In this document: positions 1-9,488 of the stretch, piece by piece
How the letters are laid out: the number at the start of each line of letters is the position of its first letter
How positions within the stretch are numbered: position 1 is the first letter of the stretch
IMG/VR virus record: IMGVR_UViG_3300027963_000096
Coordinates: 1 to 54,258 of that record
Length of the DNA stretch: 54,258 bases
Direction: 5' to 3' (one strand)
DNA from: a virus
Taxonomy: Duplodnaviria; Caudoviricetes
Notes under the pieces: model-generated
Databases searched by the model: none
Seen by the model: only the letters and a program-made list of their open reading frames with translations
Told to the model about the DNA's origin: nothing
Position numbers and translations under genes: made by a program

Positions 1-829
1 TGTCGTTGGCCTTCTGGGCGCGGGTCTGCTCGGGCTCTTGGCCGGAGACCACGTGCGTGCCGTCCTTGTACATGCCGCTGGCCACGCGCCGGTCGTACTC
101 CCACTCGGTGATCTCATGCACCTCGGCAGCGCGCTGGGCGGTGTAGAAGTTGCTGGCCGCGAACGGCAGGATCATGCGGTCGATGGGCAGGAACTCCACG
201 CAGGGGCGCTTCTTGGTCTCGTCGTACCAGAGCTTGAGGTACTGTGAGCCTCCCAGTGGTAGCTGGGTCAGCATCTGCTCCTGCTCGTCGCGGAACTCCT
301 CGATCTGCTCGGTGATCTGCCAGTTCAGGAAGTCGCGCTTGCGCTCGGCGCGCTCTTGCTTGAGGTCGTCGACCTTGCCGATGATCTTGGTGCGCACGGG
401 GCCGTCTGGTGGGAACAGCTCTTTGATGGCGCGGCTTGCAAAGTCCACGCAGCCCTCGGCCATGACGGGGTGCACCACACGGCTTGCGCCGAGGAAGTTG
501 GCCCCACCGGGTGCGTCTTTGCCCATGCCAGTGCGCCGGATGCCCTCCTCGTACTGCTTGTCACGCTCCTCGCGGGCGTTCTTGTCCTTCTCCAGCAGGT
601 TGACGTAGCGCAGGCCAAAGTTGGTCAGGTCGTAGGTGTCAATGCTCTCGGCCAAGTTGGAATAGAAGTCAGGCGACTCTTCCGGACCGCTGGTCTCCAT
701 GCTCACCACGGCAGAGCCGTCGGGCATCTCGGTGACGTCGGAGATGTCTTCGGGCAGCTCTACATCAACGGAGCCGTCCTCGTTGGCTTCAAGGTCGTCG
801 TCGTCTTGGTTGTCGTAGGTGTCAGCCAT
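1..829 (-). CDS. Portal protein, N-terminal part (runs off the left edge)
   Basis: Not in the ORF track; translated by hand from ATG at 829 (TAATG overlap with the upstream gene): MADTYDNQDD...FYSNLAE...GASRVVHPVMAEGCVDFASRAIKELFPPDGPVRTKIIG...RKRDFLNWQITEQ...LPLGGSQYLKLWYD. Open to base 1; resembles phage portal N-termini; downstream of terL. Confidence 0.8.
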   Translation of the reverse strand, partial: MADTYDNQDDDDLEANEDGSVDVELPEDISDVTEMPDGSAVVSMETSGPEESPDFYSNLAESIDTYDLTNFGLRYVNLLEKDKNAREERDKQYEEGIRRTGMGKDAPGGANFLGASRVVHPVMAEGCVDFASRAIKELFPPDGPVRTKIIGKVDDLKQERAERKRDFLNWQITEQIEEFRDEQEQMLTQLPLGGSQYLKLWYDETKKRPCVEFLPIDRMILPFAASNFYTAQRAAEVHEITEWEYDRRVASGMYKDGTHVVSGQEPEQTRAQKAND

Positions 830-3534
830 TATTTGACTTTCTTGGTAATTAACTCGTACTGCATGACGTCCATGTTGGGCGAGATTGTAACTTTCTCTTT
901 GACTACACCGCCTGTAGCTTTATTCATGTGCGGCTCGTTGATGTCGTAAGTGCCACGGTTGCCGATAGCCGATTTAATGGCGTTGGGGTTAAAAACGCCC
1001 AAATTTTTAACTCCCATTTCCTTCATGTACATGGCATCATGCCCAAGACTCTTAGCCGCTGCCATTACATCAGGGTCTTCTATCCATGCCCAATCACCGC
1101 TTGCCAATCTATCTTTTATGTAATCAAGCGGTTTTCCGTGGTGCATAGCCCAGATGTTATCTGTCGGTTTAAGTGCTTCTGCTACTTTTGCAACGTGCGC
1201 TGGGTTTTCATAATCAAACGGGTTTTTTACTTGAACATGCACGGGATACACCGCACCGGACATTTTGTCTGCTTTTTTGTTTTCTCCCGCATACTCGTTA
1301 GCAAATTCTGTATCGGGCGTGACAAAAGACATACCTCGAATACCGGGGGTGATAGACGCAAACCCTCCGGTGTTGCGCATTTTTTCGGTGTAGTTTGGAT
1401 CAGCTTCCGGACTGGTTGCTGGGTGCCCACCCTTTACACCACGGGTGTAGTGGCGGGTGCCGTGGTACATGCGGCGTTTCTCTTTGCTGGGCTCCAAGAA
1501 TTTTGCAAGATTGGCATCACGCTCTTTCTGTGGCAGCACCTTGTAGTTCACATGCTCCTCGGCCATAAATTCTTCTGGTCCGACGGAGCCGCCTTTGGCA
1601 AAGCCAAACTTCTTGGCGTTAAACGGCTTGGCTCGGGGCAAGTCTGCCAGTCCGGCGGCCTTGTTGATCTTGGCCACCTCCTTGTCGGTCAGCACGCGGT
1701 TGACTTTCATGGACCCACCAATCAGCCAGTTGCCGGTCATGTTGGGATTGGTCTTATAGCGGTAGTGGCCGCCCACCGGCAACTGGTCGGTGATGTGCGC
1801 CTTGACGGGAATCAGCTTGCCTTGCGCGTTGGTGCCGCGCTTGGTGGCCTCGGCCTGCCAGTCCACGTCGTTGGGCATCTCGACCTCGGCCCATGCGTGG
1901 TTCTCTGGCCGCACGTCGGGTGCTGTAAGCGACGGGTCAGACTTCTCGCCGATGTGGGTGGCGATGGGTAGGTCGCCAGCGTGCCAGCCGGGACGGTAGG
2001 CAAGCGGTCCAATCTTGGACTTCACTTTGCCGTTGGCCATCTCGCCTTCCTTGGCCGCAATCCACTTGTTCATTTCCACTGGTGTGTTGGAGTCTACGAA
2101 CAGCGGGAACAGTTTGCCGGGGTGCTTGGGGTGCACCCGGAACAGCTTGTACGCCTTGGTTGTTTCACGTGGAACATCTTCCCCGACCTCGCCGCCCTCG
2201 GCATAGCGCGGGATGCCGTTCTTCAGCACGTCCTCGCGCATGCCCGGGGTGATGTCGAACGTGTGGACGGGCGTGGTATAAGTTTTTTGATTGTCCCAAT
2301 ATTGCTTCTCAAGCTGCGCTCGGTTAGGAAGATTTATAAATTCACGAAATGGATAACCCATTGCTTCCGCAATTTCTCCACCAGTAACAGGATTAGCACT
2401 TCCAGCCGTTGCAACTTGGCCTTGCTGCACCTGCACGCCGTGCTTCTTGCCGAACTTGTTCAGGAAGGCGGGCACCATCTTGTCGTAGAACCCCTTCATG
2501 CCCTCACCACCAAACTCAAGGTCTTGGTCTTTTAGCTCTCGGTATCCATGTTCATCGGGCTTTTGTTCTAATAGTTTTCGCGCCCCTTCTTTGCCAATGT
2601 ACTGAGGCAGTTGGGAATGGGGCACGTTGTGCTTCTCTACTATCTGGTTACCCTTTGGGTCAAAGGCGAACAAAATACCGCTATCAGGATCATCGTGGTG
2701 CGTCATGTGTGTAATGCGTCCGACGTGTTTACTCAGTTCATATCGCTTGGCCTGCTCCGCACCCGGGGTGATGGCGATCTGGTCGTAGCCCTTCTCAGCG
2801 GCGTGCTGGATCATGGCCTTGAGCGCCAGCTCGTGCCAGTCCTTGGCGTGGGGGCCGTAAGGGATTGCTGGCTCTTCTTCCAGCTTACTCATCTGGTCCC
2901 ATAGCGCCCTCATTTGATTTGTAATAGGCGCCAGCGCTATGTACGGTTTGGGGTCATTTTTAAGTCTAAGTTCCTCCGACTTAGCCAACCACTCATCATG
3001 AAGTTTGGCTCTCTGGGCACTAATTTCTTCTATCTGCTTTTTATTGTGGGCGTCCTCGTAGCCTTTCTCGCGGCCTTGCTGGTGCCAATCCGACTGAATC
3101 TCCTCAAGGTGCAGTATCTTCTTGCCCTCGGGGCTGATGCGGTCCTTGGCCCGGATGCTTGCGATGACGTTGGGCGTGCCGCCAAAGTGGTACTCCACGC
3201 CGGGGAAGCCCTCGCCCTCGGGCATGGGCGTGTGCAGCAGAATCTCTCGGTAGTTCTCGCCACCGGGCAGGGTGTACGTCTCGTGGTGCGTCTGCGTGCC
3301 GGTCAGCTCGCGCTGCTTGAGCGGGAACTTGTTCTTCTTGTTTTTGAGCCTCTCCATGAACGTGGCCCGCTCCATCTGGGGCAGCGCCATCAGCGTCTGC
3401 AGGTCACGGTCCTGCGCCTCCGCAGGCTTGTAGCCGGGCTTCTTGGCCAGCTCGGCCATGTACTCCGCACCCGTGCCCTTGGGGCGGGTGACCTGCTCCA
3501 TGAGCCTGTTGATGGGTGAGTACAGGCCGGTCAC
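829..3534 (-). CDS. Polyvalent multi-domain protein: EEIQSDW domain, LAYRPGWH domain and C-terminal ART-PolyVal-like ADP-ribosyltransferase
   Basis: C-terminal MYHGT...FVTPDTEFANEYA...VYPVHVQVKNP...GHDA...VFNPNAIKSAIGNRGTYD matches the ART-PolyVal pattern. Domains are separated by YAEGG, FAKGG and KATGG. Confidence 0.75.
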   Translation of the reverse strand: MTGLYSPINRLMEQVTRPKGTGAEYMAELAKKPGYKPAEAQDRDLQTLMALPQMERATFMERLKNKKNKFPLKQRELTGTQTHHETYTLPGGENYREILLHTPMPEGEGFPGVEYHFGGTPNVIASIRAKDRISPEGKKILHLEEIQSDWHQQGREKGYEDAHNKKQIEEISAQRAKLHDEWLAKSEELRLKNDPKPYIALAPITNQMRALWDQMSKLEEEPAIPYGPHAKDWHELALKAMIQHAAEKGYDQIAITPGAEQAKRYELSKHVGRITHMTHHDDPDSGILFAFDPKGNQIVEKHNVPHSQLPQYIGKEGARKLLEQKPDEHGYRELKDQDLEFGGEGMKGFYDKMVPAFLNKFGKKHGVQVQQGQVATAGSANPVTGGEIAEAMGYPFREFINLPNRAQLEKQYWDNQKTYTTPVHTFDITPGMREDVLKNGIPRYAEGGEVGEDVPRETTKAYKLFRVHPKHPGKLFPLFVDSNTPVEMNKWIAAKEGEMANGKVKSKIGPLAYRPGWHAGDLPIATHIGEKSDPSLTAPDVRPENHAWAEVEMPNDVDWQAEATKRGTNAQGKLIPVKAHITDQLPVGGHYRYKTNPNMTGNWLIGGSMKVNRVLTDKEVAKINKAAGLADLPRAKPFNAKKFGFAKGGSVGPEEFMAEEHVNYKVLPQKERDANLAKFLEPSKEKRRMYHGTRHYTRGVKGGHPATSPEADPNYTEKMRNTGGFASITPGIRGMSFVTPDTEFANEYAGENKKADKMSGAVYPVHVQVKNPFDYENPAHVAKVAEALKPTDNIWAMHHGKPLDYIKDRLASGDWAWIEDPDVMAAAKSLGHDAMYMKEMGVKNLGVFNPNAIKSAIGNRGTYDINEPHMNKATGGVVKEKVTISPNMDVMQYELITKKVK

Positions 3535-5654
3535 AGCTTGCGCTCCGTGATGCGGATGTAGTCCTTGACCGTGCCGCCTGCGGCCAACTTGTCAAGGATT
3601 GCAGACTCGGGGATGCGCATTTCATGCACTTCCCCTTTGTGCTCCCTGCGAACGTCGTAGCCGGGCTCGTAGGGTGTGCGCTTGGTCTTACCGGTTGCCG
3701 GGTCCTTGATGAACTTGCCCATGTTTGGGCCTAGCTGCGCGTGGTTCTCGCGCATGGGGGAATTGCCCACCAGCGCCTTGCGGATCACCTTAAACGGCGG
3801 CAGGTTGTTCTTGGCGCTATGGGCGGTAAACACGGTGTGCCCCACGTCGTACTTGAACGGCATGGACTCAATCATGTCCTGCATGTCGGCAGCTTTTTTG
3901 CGGACATCGTCACCCAGCGACTGGTAACTGTCCTGCAGGGTCATCATGTTGCGCGTGTTGGTCACGGGCGCCTTCATGCCCGCAGACGTGGCCGCGCTTG
4001 CGATGGCCCTGCGCATCTCCTCCACCGAGGGCGTGGTCGAGCCGCCCCCAGCCATCTTGGGTGGTGGCATGTTGGGCCGCATGGCCGCCATCGCCTGACC
4101 CTGTGGGGTCATTTGCAGGATGTTGCTGCGCGGGGCGCCGGGTGGTTGTCCTTGTGGGGGCGCTGGTGGCTGGCCGGGTTGCCCCGGTTGACCGGCTGGC
4201 GCTGGTGGCTGGCCGGGCTGGCCCTGCGGGCCCGGCTGCATTTGTGGCAGGGGCATCATCTCTTGCTCTGGCAGCATCTGCTGGCCCTCGGCGCCCTGCT
4301 GGAAGTCCACGCCACCAACGGGCAAGCCGGGGCCGCCAGCGGGCGGTACGTACCGTTTGACGTGCATGTTGGGTGCCTCGTTGGCCCCGACGTCCTTCAG
4401 GTTGGCCATGCCCTTGAGCATGATGTGCGCCATCATCTCGTCTTGGCTGGGCTCGCGGTCCTTGACCATGCCGCCCTCGGCGTAGCCAACGGAGCCGCCT
4501 TCGGCCTTGCCTGCGTAGGTCTTGCCCATCAGCACCATGTCGCGCGCGGTCTCTGGCGACACGTTTAGCCGACGCGCGGTCATCATGATGTTCTTGGCCA
4601 GCAGCTCCAGCTTGCCCGCGCCAATGGGCGTGTCCACGCCGGTTTGTGGGGCAAAAGTCCCCCAAGTCAATCCCTGTGCGGACACCGGCTCTAGGCCGAC
4701 CTTGTCCGCGATCTGGCTGCGCCACCACGGTGACAGCATGGCCATCTCAGGGTTGGTGACGCTGGCCCCCGGTATGGCCTGCTTGCCCTTGACGTTCTTC
4801 CAGTTGCGGGTGTCCGCCAGCCCAACGGCGCGGCTCCAGTGCGCGTCGCCCACGGGCGTGGCCGTCTGAAACCCTGTCTCCGGAACGCCACTGGCTTGGA
4901 TGTACAGCGGGACCTTGGGGGTCTTCATGGTCATCTCGCCCGACTCAAGGTACTTGGCCATGGGCCCGGCTTGAGCGGTCTTGTGGTAGGCGTGCCCCGG
5001 CACGTTGCGGATGTCCGCAGGAAATCGCCGGGTGCGCTTGCCTTCAGGCTTGCCCGCGTATTTCAGGAAGTCCGCAAACCGGCCTTGGGTGTTCAGCGCG
5101 TAGGCGGCGGTGCCTCGGGGTATCTCCGTCATGACCTCGCTGGCCGGGGATGCCATGCCCATCAAGTGGTTCATCCTGTCGTACTCACGCACCGCGTCCT
5201 CGTAGCCGATCAGATGCACCATGCGCTGGAACGCCGGATCGGTGATGTACCACGGCTCCATGCCGTGGCGCAGCGACTCGTGCTTCTGGGCCTCGCCCAA
5301 GGTGTCCACCAGCCGTTGCTCGTTCTCCTTGGTCATTACCCGGGCGGCGGCAGCGGAGCCTTTTGGCTTGGCGGCGGCGCCCGGCAGCGTGCCGGGCAGG
5401 TTGCCCTTGCGGCCTTGGTTCATCTCGTACAGATCGGCACGGGTGACGCCAAAGAGCTGCTTGAGCGCCGGGTCTTCGGGCGCCACGCGGGACGCGGCCA
5501 TGGCCGCGATCTCCTTGGGGTTGCCGTAGATGCCGGGGAAGGCCATGCGCTGGGGGTCTTTGACCGTCTGCAGCCTTGGGTTCAGGTTGGCCTTGGCAGC
5601 GGCAACGCGCCTGCTGTCTTGTACGTCGTCGTTGTCAAATTCTGAGTCTGCCAT
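3531..5654 (-). CDS. Multi-module late protein: N-terminal possible HhH-glycosylase-like domain, Pro/Gln-rich linker, C-terminal module
   Basis: 707-aa ORF coupled to the next gene (ATGA overlap). Motifs WY...ASP...PK...GDAHW...AQGLTW; KAEGG, YAEGG, MAGGG and LAAGG separators. Function is inference. Confidence 0.6.
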   Translation of the reverse strand: MADSEFDNDDVQDSRRVAAAKANLNPRLQTVKDPQRMAFPGIYGNPKEIAAMAASRVAPEDPALKQLFGVTRADLYEMNQGRKGNLPGTLPGAAAKPKGSAAAARVMTKENEQRLVDTLGEAQKHESLRHGMEPWYITDPAFQRMVHLIGYEDAVREYDRMNHLMGMASPASEVMTEIPRGTAAYALNTQGRFADFLKYAGKPEGKRTRRFPADIRNVPGHAYHKTAQAGPMAKYLESGEMTMKTPKVPLYIQASGVPETGFQTATPVGDAHWSRAVGLADTRNWKNVKGKQAIPGASVTNPEMAMLSPWWRSQIADKVGLEPVSAQGLTWGTFAPQTGVDTPIGAGKLELLAKNIMMTARRLNVSPETARDMVLMGKTYAGKAEGGSVGYAEGGMVKDREPSQDEMMAHIMLKGMANLKDVGANEAPNMHVKRYVPPAGGPGLPVGGVDFQQGAEGQQMLPEQEMMPLPQMQPGPQGQPGQPPAPAGQPGQPGQPPAPPQGQPPGAPRSNILQMTPQGQAMAAMRPNMPPPKMAGGGSTTPSVEEMRRAIASAATSAGMKAPVTNTRNMMTLQDSYQSLGDDVRKKAADMQDMIESMPFKYDVGHTVFTAHSAKNNLPPFKVIRKALVGNSPMRENHAQLGPNMGKFIKDPATGKTKRTPYEPGYDVRREHKGEVHEMRIPESAILDKLAAGGTVKDYIRITERKL

Positions 5655-5663
5655 GGTGCCGTC

Positions 5664-7163
5664 CTATGTTGCTTTGCGCACGGGCAGCGCGCCGAATACT
5701 GCCGCCATCGGCATCTGGGTGTTGCGCTGAAGTATGCCACCGTAGCCGTGCTCCTGCGCCAGCCGCTCTAGGTCGGTGAAGGCGCCTTGGCGGTTCTCCA
5801 CGCCTTGGTTGGCCTTGGCCGTGAACGGCGTGACGTTGTACTCCTTGGCCAGCGCGTGCAGGTTTTCCGGGTCGCTGGCCACGTCGTACAGGTCGCTGGA
5901 GCGGGCACGGTACTTGTGCGCACCCAGCCCGGGCTCGCCGCGCTCGGGGTTGCCCGCGTAGAAGTAGGTCCGGTCGCGCACGGCGTTCGGGCTGGTCAGG
6001 CGCTCGGCCTCCGCGCCCTTGATGCCCGTGCCGTAGCGGCTGGGGTCGGTGGCGGTCAGGTTGGGCTCGTTGCTGAAGTGCGTCAGCTCCGCGCTGGCCG
6101 GGTTGGCGGGCTTGATCAGGTGGCGCAGGTACGGCGGTATGCCGCCCGCGTAGTCGCCCCGGTTCATCTCGGGCGGCAGCAGGATGGACGCCTGCGGGCC
6201 GTAGGTGAAGCCCTCACTGAGCAACTGCTGCTTGAGGTTGATGAAGCGCTCGGCCTGCGCGGTGTCGCCCTTGCGGGCGGCGTGGTACGCGGCCTCGTCG
6301 AGCTTGCGGACTTGGCCCTTGATCTTGGCGTTGAGCGGGGTGTAGTTCACCACGCTGTTCTGGCCCCGTGTCTCGGTGGTCATGGCGGCCTGCGCCAGCG
6401 GGCTGTACATGCCCGAGTGCGCCGCCCATGCCTTCTCCTCGCCCTTGGGCCCGAACTCGTTGCCGTGCAGCGCGTGGCCGTAGAAGTCGTGGACCGCCCG
6501 AAACATCTCGGTGTCGTTGAGCCCGGTTTGCGGGTCGACGTTGTTCATGGACAGGTGCGGCTCGCCGCCTTGGAACACGTACAGGTGGCCGTTGCCGTGG
6601 ATGTCGCGCAGCATCTCTTTGCTGTTGCGGTAGTTGCCCTCACCGTTGCGGTGGAAGCTCATGTTCACCGGCAACGTGTCGAACTGCTGCTTGGTCTCGC
6701 GGTTGAGCTGCTGGTAGGCCTTGGCCACCAGCTCGTCGTAGTCGCGGGCGTCGCCCACGTGCTCGGGCATCTGGCGCTTGTAGGCGTCGTAGACGGCCTG
6801 CTTGTACTCCGGGCCGCCCTCGTTGGCCAGCGTGAACACGCGCCCGATGGGGGCCTGCTTCTTGAGCGAGCTCTCGGTGTTGGGGATGGGCGCGTAAGGC
6901 CTGCCGAACATCTGGCGGCTGTAGGCGTGCGCCGCCTCGTGCGCGGGCGTTTGCCCGCCACGTATCAGGTCATAGACCTGCGCATCCGAAGGTGGTTGCG
7001 GAACTGCGCCTCGTGGTGATCCGGGTGCAGCTTGGGCACCGGGCCCACCTTCTTCGCGTAGGCCTGTAGCTCTTGCTCCACTTTGCGCAGCAGCGCGTGG
7101 ACGGACTCGGTAGAACGGCCCTTCTTGTGTTGTGTCATATTGCGCCTCGGTAGGTGTGGGCAT
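5664..7163 (-). CDS. Two-domain protein: FRAVHDFYGH putative metal-binding/peptidase-like domain plus C-terminal ART-like domain
   Basis: 499-aa ORF directly after terL. HDxxGH...GEE...H...ETRGQNS motif, then THFS...TDP..YG.G...RTYFY...LYD...GYGG. Confidence 0.55.
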   Translation of the reverse strand: MPTPTEAQYDTTQEGPFYRVRPRAAAQSGARATGLREEGGPGAQAAPGSPRGAVPQPPSDAQVYDLIRGGQTPAHEAAHAYSRQMFGRPYAPIPNTESSLKKQAPIGRVFTLANEGGPEYKQAVYDAYKRQMPEHVGDARDYDELVAKAYQQLNRETKQQFDTLPVNMSFHRNGEGNYRNSKEMLRDIHGNGHLYVFQGGEPHLSMNNVDPQTGLNDTEMFRAVHDFYGHALHGNEFGPKGEEKAWAAHSGMYSPLAQAAMTTETRGQNSVVNYTPLNAKIKGQVRKLDEAAYHAARKGDTAQAERFINLKQQLLSEGFTYGPQASILLPPEMNRGDYAGGIPPYLRHLIKPANPASAELTHFSNEPNLTATDPSRYGTGIKGAEAERLTSPNAVRDRTYFYAGNPERGEPGLGAHKYRARSSDLYDVASDPENLHALAKEYNVTPFTAKANQGVENRQGAFTDLERLAQEHGYGGILQRNTQMPMAAVFGALPVRKAT

Positions 7164-7189
7164 AACAGGTCCCGGTGGTTTCTTGCATT

Positions 7190-8608
7190 TTATACCGCGT
7201 ATGGGTTCTCGGCCTTGCGCGGGTTGGCGTCGGCGTAGTCATCCTCGTCTACCCATTCCTTGGGGAAGTCGATGGTCAGCCAGCCAGCGTCGCGCAAGTA
7301 TCGCAGGGCTTGGCTCATGGCGTCAACAAAGTCGTCGTGCTCGCTGCCGTCGGGGAAGCTGCATATCTGGCTGACCATGCCCTCGGCCCAGTCGCGCACG
7401 TAGCCCTTGCGGTTGCTGGACTCGGGTATCCACAGCCGACCGGCCTTGATGATGTTGGCCACGATGGACAGCCGCTGGACCTTGTCGGCCCGCCCGGGGT
7501 TGTACGGGATGACCGGCACGCCCGCGCGGCGCAGGTCTTGTATAAGACTGATGCCCGCGCTCTTGTCCTCGACCAGCAGCAGGTCCACGCGCTTCTTGTT
7601 CTTGCCCTCACCGTAGACAACCTCGTACTCGTCGAGCACCTTGGGGCGCAGGTCAGGGTACTGCAGGTGCTCCTGCCAGCAGTCCACCACCAGCGCGCAC
7701 ATGCCGCCGTCCTCGGGCTTGTAGACGCCCAGCGTGATGTGCGCCGTGGGGTCGTTGACCGTCTTCTCTGAGGTGGCGCAGTCCAGCGACTGGATCACGA
7801 ACTCGAACTTGGGCAGCGGCTTGCCTGCGGGCCAGAGCTTGAACCAGTCTCGCTTGACGATGCCGCCCTCCTCGGGGTCGATGATCTCGGCGTGAATCTC
7901 TTGGCGGCCCAGCTTGGTGCCCTCGTACTGCAGTATCTGCTTCTGGAAGCTGGGCGCGAGGTTCTTGATGTTGCTGTACGTGGACGCCCGGCTGACGAAC
8001 ACATCGTCGCCCTCGCGGGCGATCAGGTCCATCACCACGGGCTTGGGCTTGGGGGTGGTGGACGCGATCAGCTTGGTGTTCTTGCCCAGCCGGATGCCGA
8101 ACTGGATCATGTCCCACGCCTCTTGCAGGTACTCCCACGCCGCCAGCTCGTCGAGCCAGCCACCGTGGAACTGCGGCCCCCGGAAGCGCTCGGGCTCCGA
8201 CGCGGGGATGCCCTTGATCAGGCTGCCGTTGATCAGGGTGAGCTCGTGCAGGCTGCTGTTGTACTTGGCCACCAGCGCCTTGGGGATCACCGACAGCAGC
8301 CCAGAGTCGCCCTCGAAGCACGTGCCGCGCAGGTCGGCGCTGGTGGGTGCCGAGACGAGCCAGCGGGTGCCCGGCTGCTCCCACGCCCACCAGCCCAGAT
8401 TCTCGGCGGCTGCGCGGGTCTTGCCCGCACCACGGCCCGCGCACATCAGCCAGATGGACCAGAAGCTGTCCAGCGGCTCGAGCTGGTGCTTGTGGGCGGC
8501 TATGAGCCAGCGGGCGCGCCACTCGAAGGCCGCGCGCTGCTCGGGCTTGAGCTTGGCGTACTGCTCGCGGACCTTGGGGTCTTGGAGCAGGGCGGCTGCA
8601 CTACTCAC
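7190..8608 (-). CDS. terL: Terminase large subunit
   Basis: Walker A AGRGAGKT, Walker B GWLDE, RGPQF, STTPKP coupling motif, RNase H-like nuclease (SLD...VEDK...HDDFVDA). Confidence 0.95.
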   Translation of the reverse strand: MSSAAALLQDPKVREQYAKLKPEQRAAFEWRARWLIAAHKHQLEPLDSFWSIWLMCAGRGAGKTRAAAENLGWWAWEQPGTRWLVSAPTSADLRGTCFEGDSGLLSVIPKALVAKYNSSLHELTLINGSLIKGIPASEPERFRGPQFHGGWLDELAAWEYLQEAWDMIQFGIRLGKNTKLIASTTPKPKPVVMDLIAREGDDVFVSRASTYSNIKNLAPSFQKQILQYEGTKLGRQEIHAEIIDPEEGGIVKRDWFKLWPAGKPLPKFEFVIQSLDCATSEKTVNDPTAHITLGVYKPEDGGMCALVVDCWQEHLQYPDLRPKVLDEYEVVYGEGKNKKRVDLLLVEDKSAGISLIQDLRRAGVPVIPYNPGRADKVQRLSIVANIIKAGRLWIPESSNRKGYVRDWAEGMVSQICSFPDGSEHDDFVDAMSQALRYLRDAGWLTIDFPKEWVDEDDYADANPRKAENPYAV

Positions 8609-9086
8609 TGGCTTGGCGGGTCAGGGCGAGGTTCTTCAGCACCTCACCGAACACGTCGAAGCTGACCTCGACGGCCAGCGGGGCCTCGTCATCACCGGCC
8701 ACCACCGTGCGGTCGCCGTAGACCTTGGGCAGGTACTTGGCGGCCAGCCACTTGCGTGCGTCCATGCGCAGCCGGTTGTGCGCGATGCTGCCTGCGTCGT
8801 AGCGCTTGTTGCCCGCTTCGTCGAACACGGCCAGCGGCTCGGTGTCCACGATGTCCTGTATCTGGTCTGCCAAACAATGCGCGCCATCTCTCCGCGCATC
8901 CGCGTAACGCTGACAAAAGTCCGGTTTCTCCCGAAGCCAGCGATAAATTGTCACTGGGTCCGGCATGTGCGCAGACTGCGTTATTTTGGCCATCGGCTCA
9001 CCGCAGGCCAGACGCCCGCATATCTCATCCACGAGGGTATTGGTGTACTGCGTAGGCCTGCCCATCTTTTTGCCTGTTGCCATCAT
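8601..9086 (-). CDS. terS: Terminase small subunit (Sf6/P22-like HTH type)
   Basis: GRPTQY...EICGRLACGE...MPD..TIYRWL...YADAR...RLRMDARKWLAAK..PKVYGD; overlaps the terL start. Confidence 0.9.
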   Translation of the reverse strand: MMATGKKMGRPTQYTNTLVDEICGRLACGEPMAKITQSAHMPDPVTIYRWLREKPDFCQRYADARRDGAHCLADQIQDIVDTEPLAVFDEAGNKRYDAGSIAHNRLRMDARKWLAAKYLPKVYGDRTVVAGDDEAPLAVEVSFDVFGEVLKNLALTRQASE

Positions 9087-9125
9087 CCACTCCTTAGCGC
9101 ATCTCTCAGCGCGTTGGAGCGGAGT

Positions 9126-9278
9126 TTACTGTAACTGCGCCAGCAAGTCTGCAATGGCCTCTTTCTCGGTGGCGCCGTGGCCCAGCGCGTCGCCGGGCTC
9201 GTAGCCATCCACGTAGGCCTCCCAGTCGAAGTCCCGCACGGGGATGGGCGGGTAGACGAAGGATGTCTTGATGTCCAT
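9126..9278 (-). CDS. Small hypothetical protein (50 aa, MDIKTSFVYPPIPVRDFDW...)
   Basis: Hand-translated; GGAG RBS upstream; fills the gap in a co-oriented gene chain. Confidence 0.65.
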   Translation of the reverse strand: MDIKTSFVYPPIPVRDFDWEAYVDGYEPGDALGHGATEKEAIADLLAQLQ

Positions 9279-9287
9279 GGTGCTCTC

Positions 9288-9488
9288 CTAGTTGCCGTAC
9301 AGGCTTCTTGGGTGCCAGTCCTTTTCGGGCTCCCAGTCGTGGTCCACGGCGGGCTCGACGTGGGTCTCCTTGATGTGGTAGCCCACGCCACGGTCTAACA
9401 CGATCTCAAGGGCGTCGTCCTCGGTGGATGCCTCGACATCGCTGTGCCAGTCGCCGTTAATGAACACGGCGTAGAGTGTCTTGGTCAT
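9288..9488 (-). CDS. Hypothetical early protein (66 aa)
   Basis: GGAGG RBS; ATGA overlap with the upstream gene. Confidence 0.65.
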   Translation of the reverse strand: MTKTLYAVFINGDWHSDVEASTEDDALEIVLDRGVGYHIKETHVEPAVDHDWEPEKDWHPRSLYGN

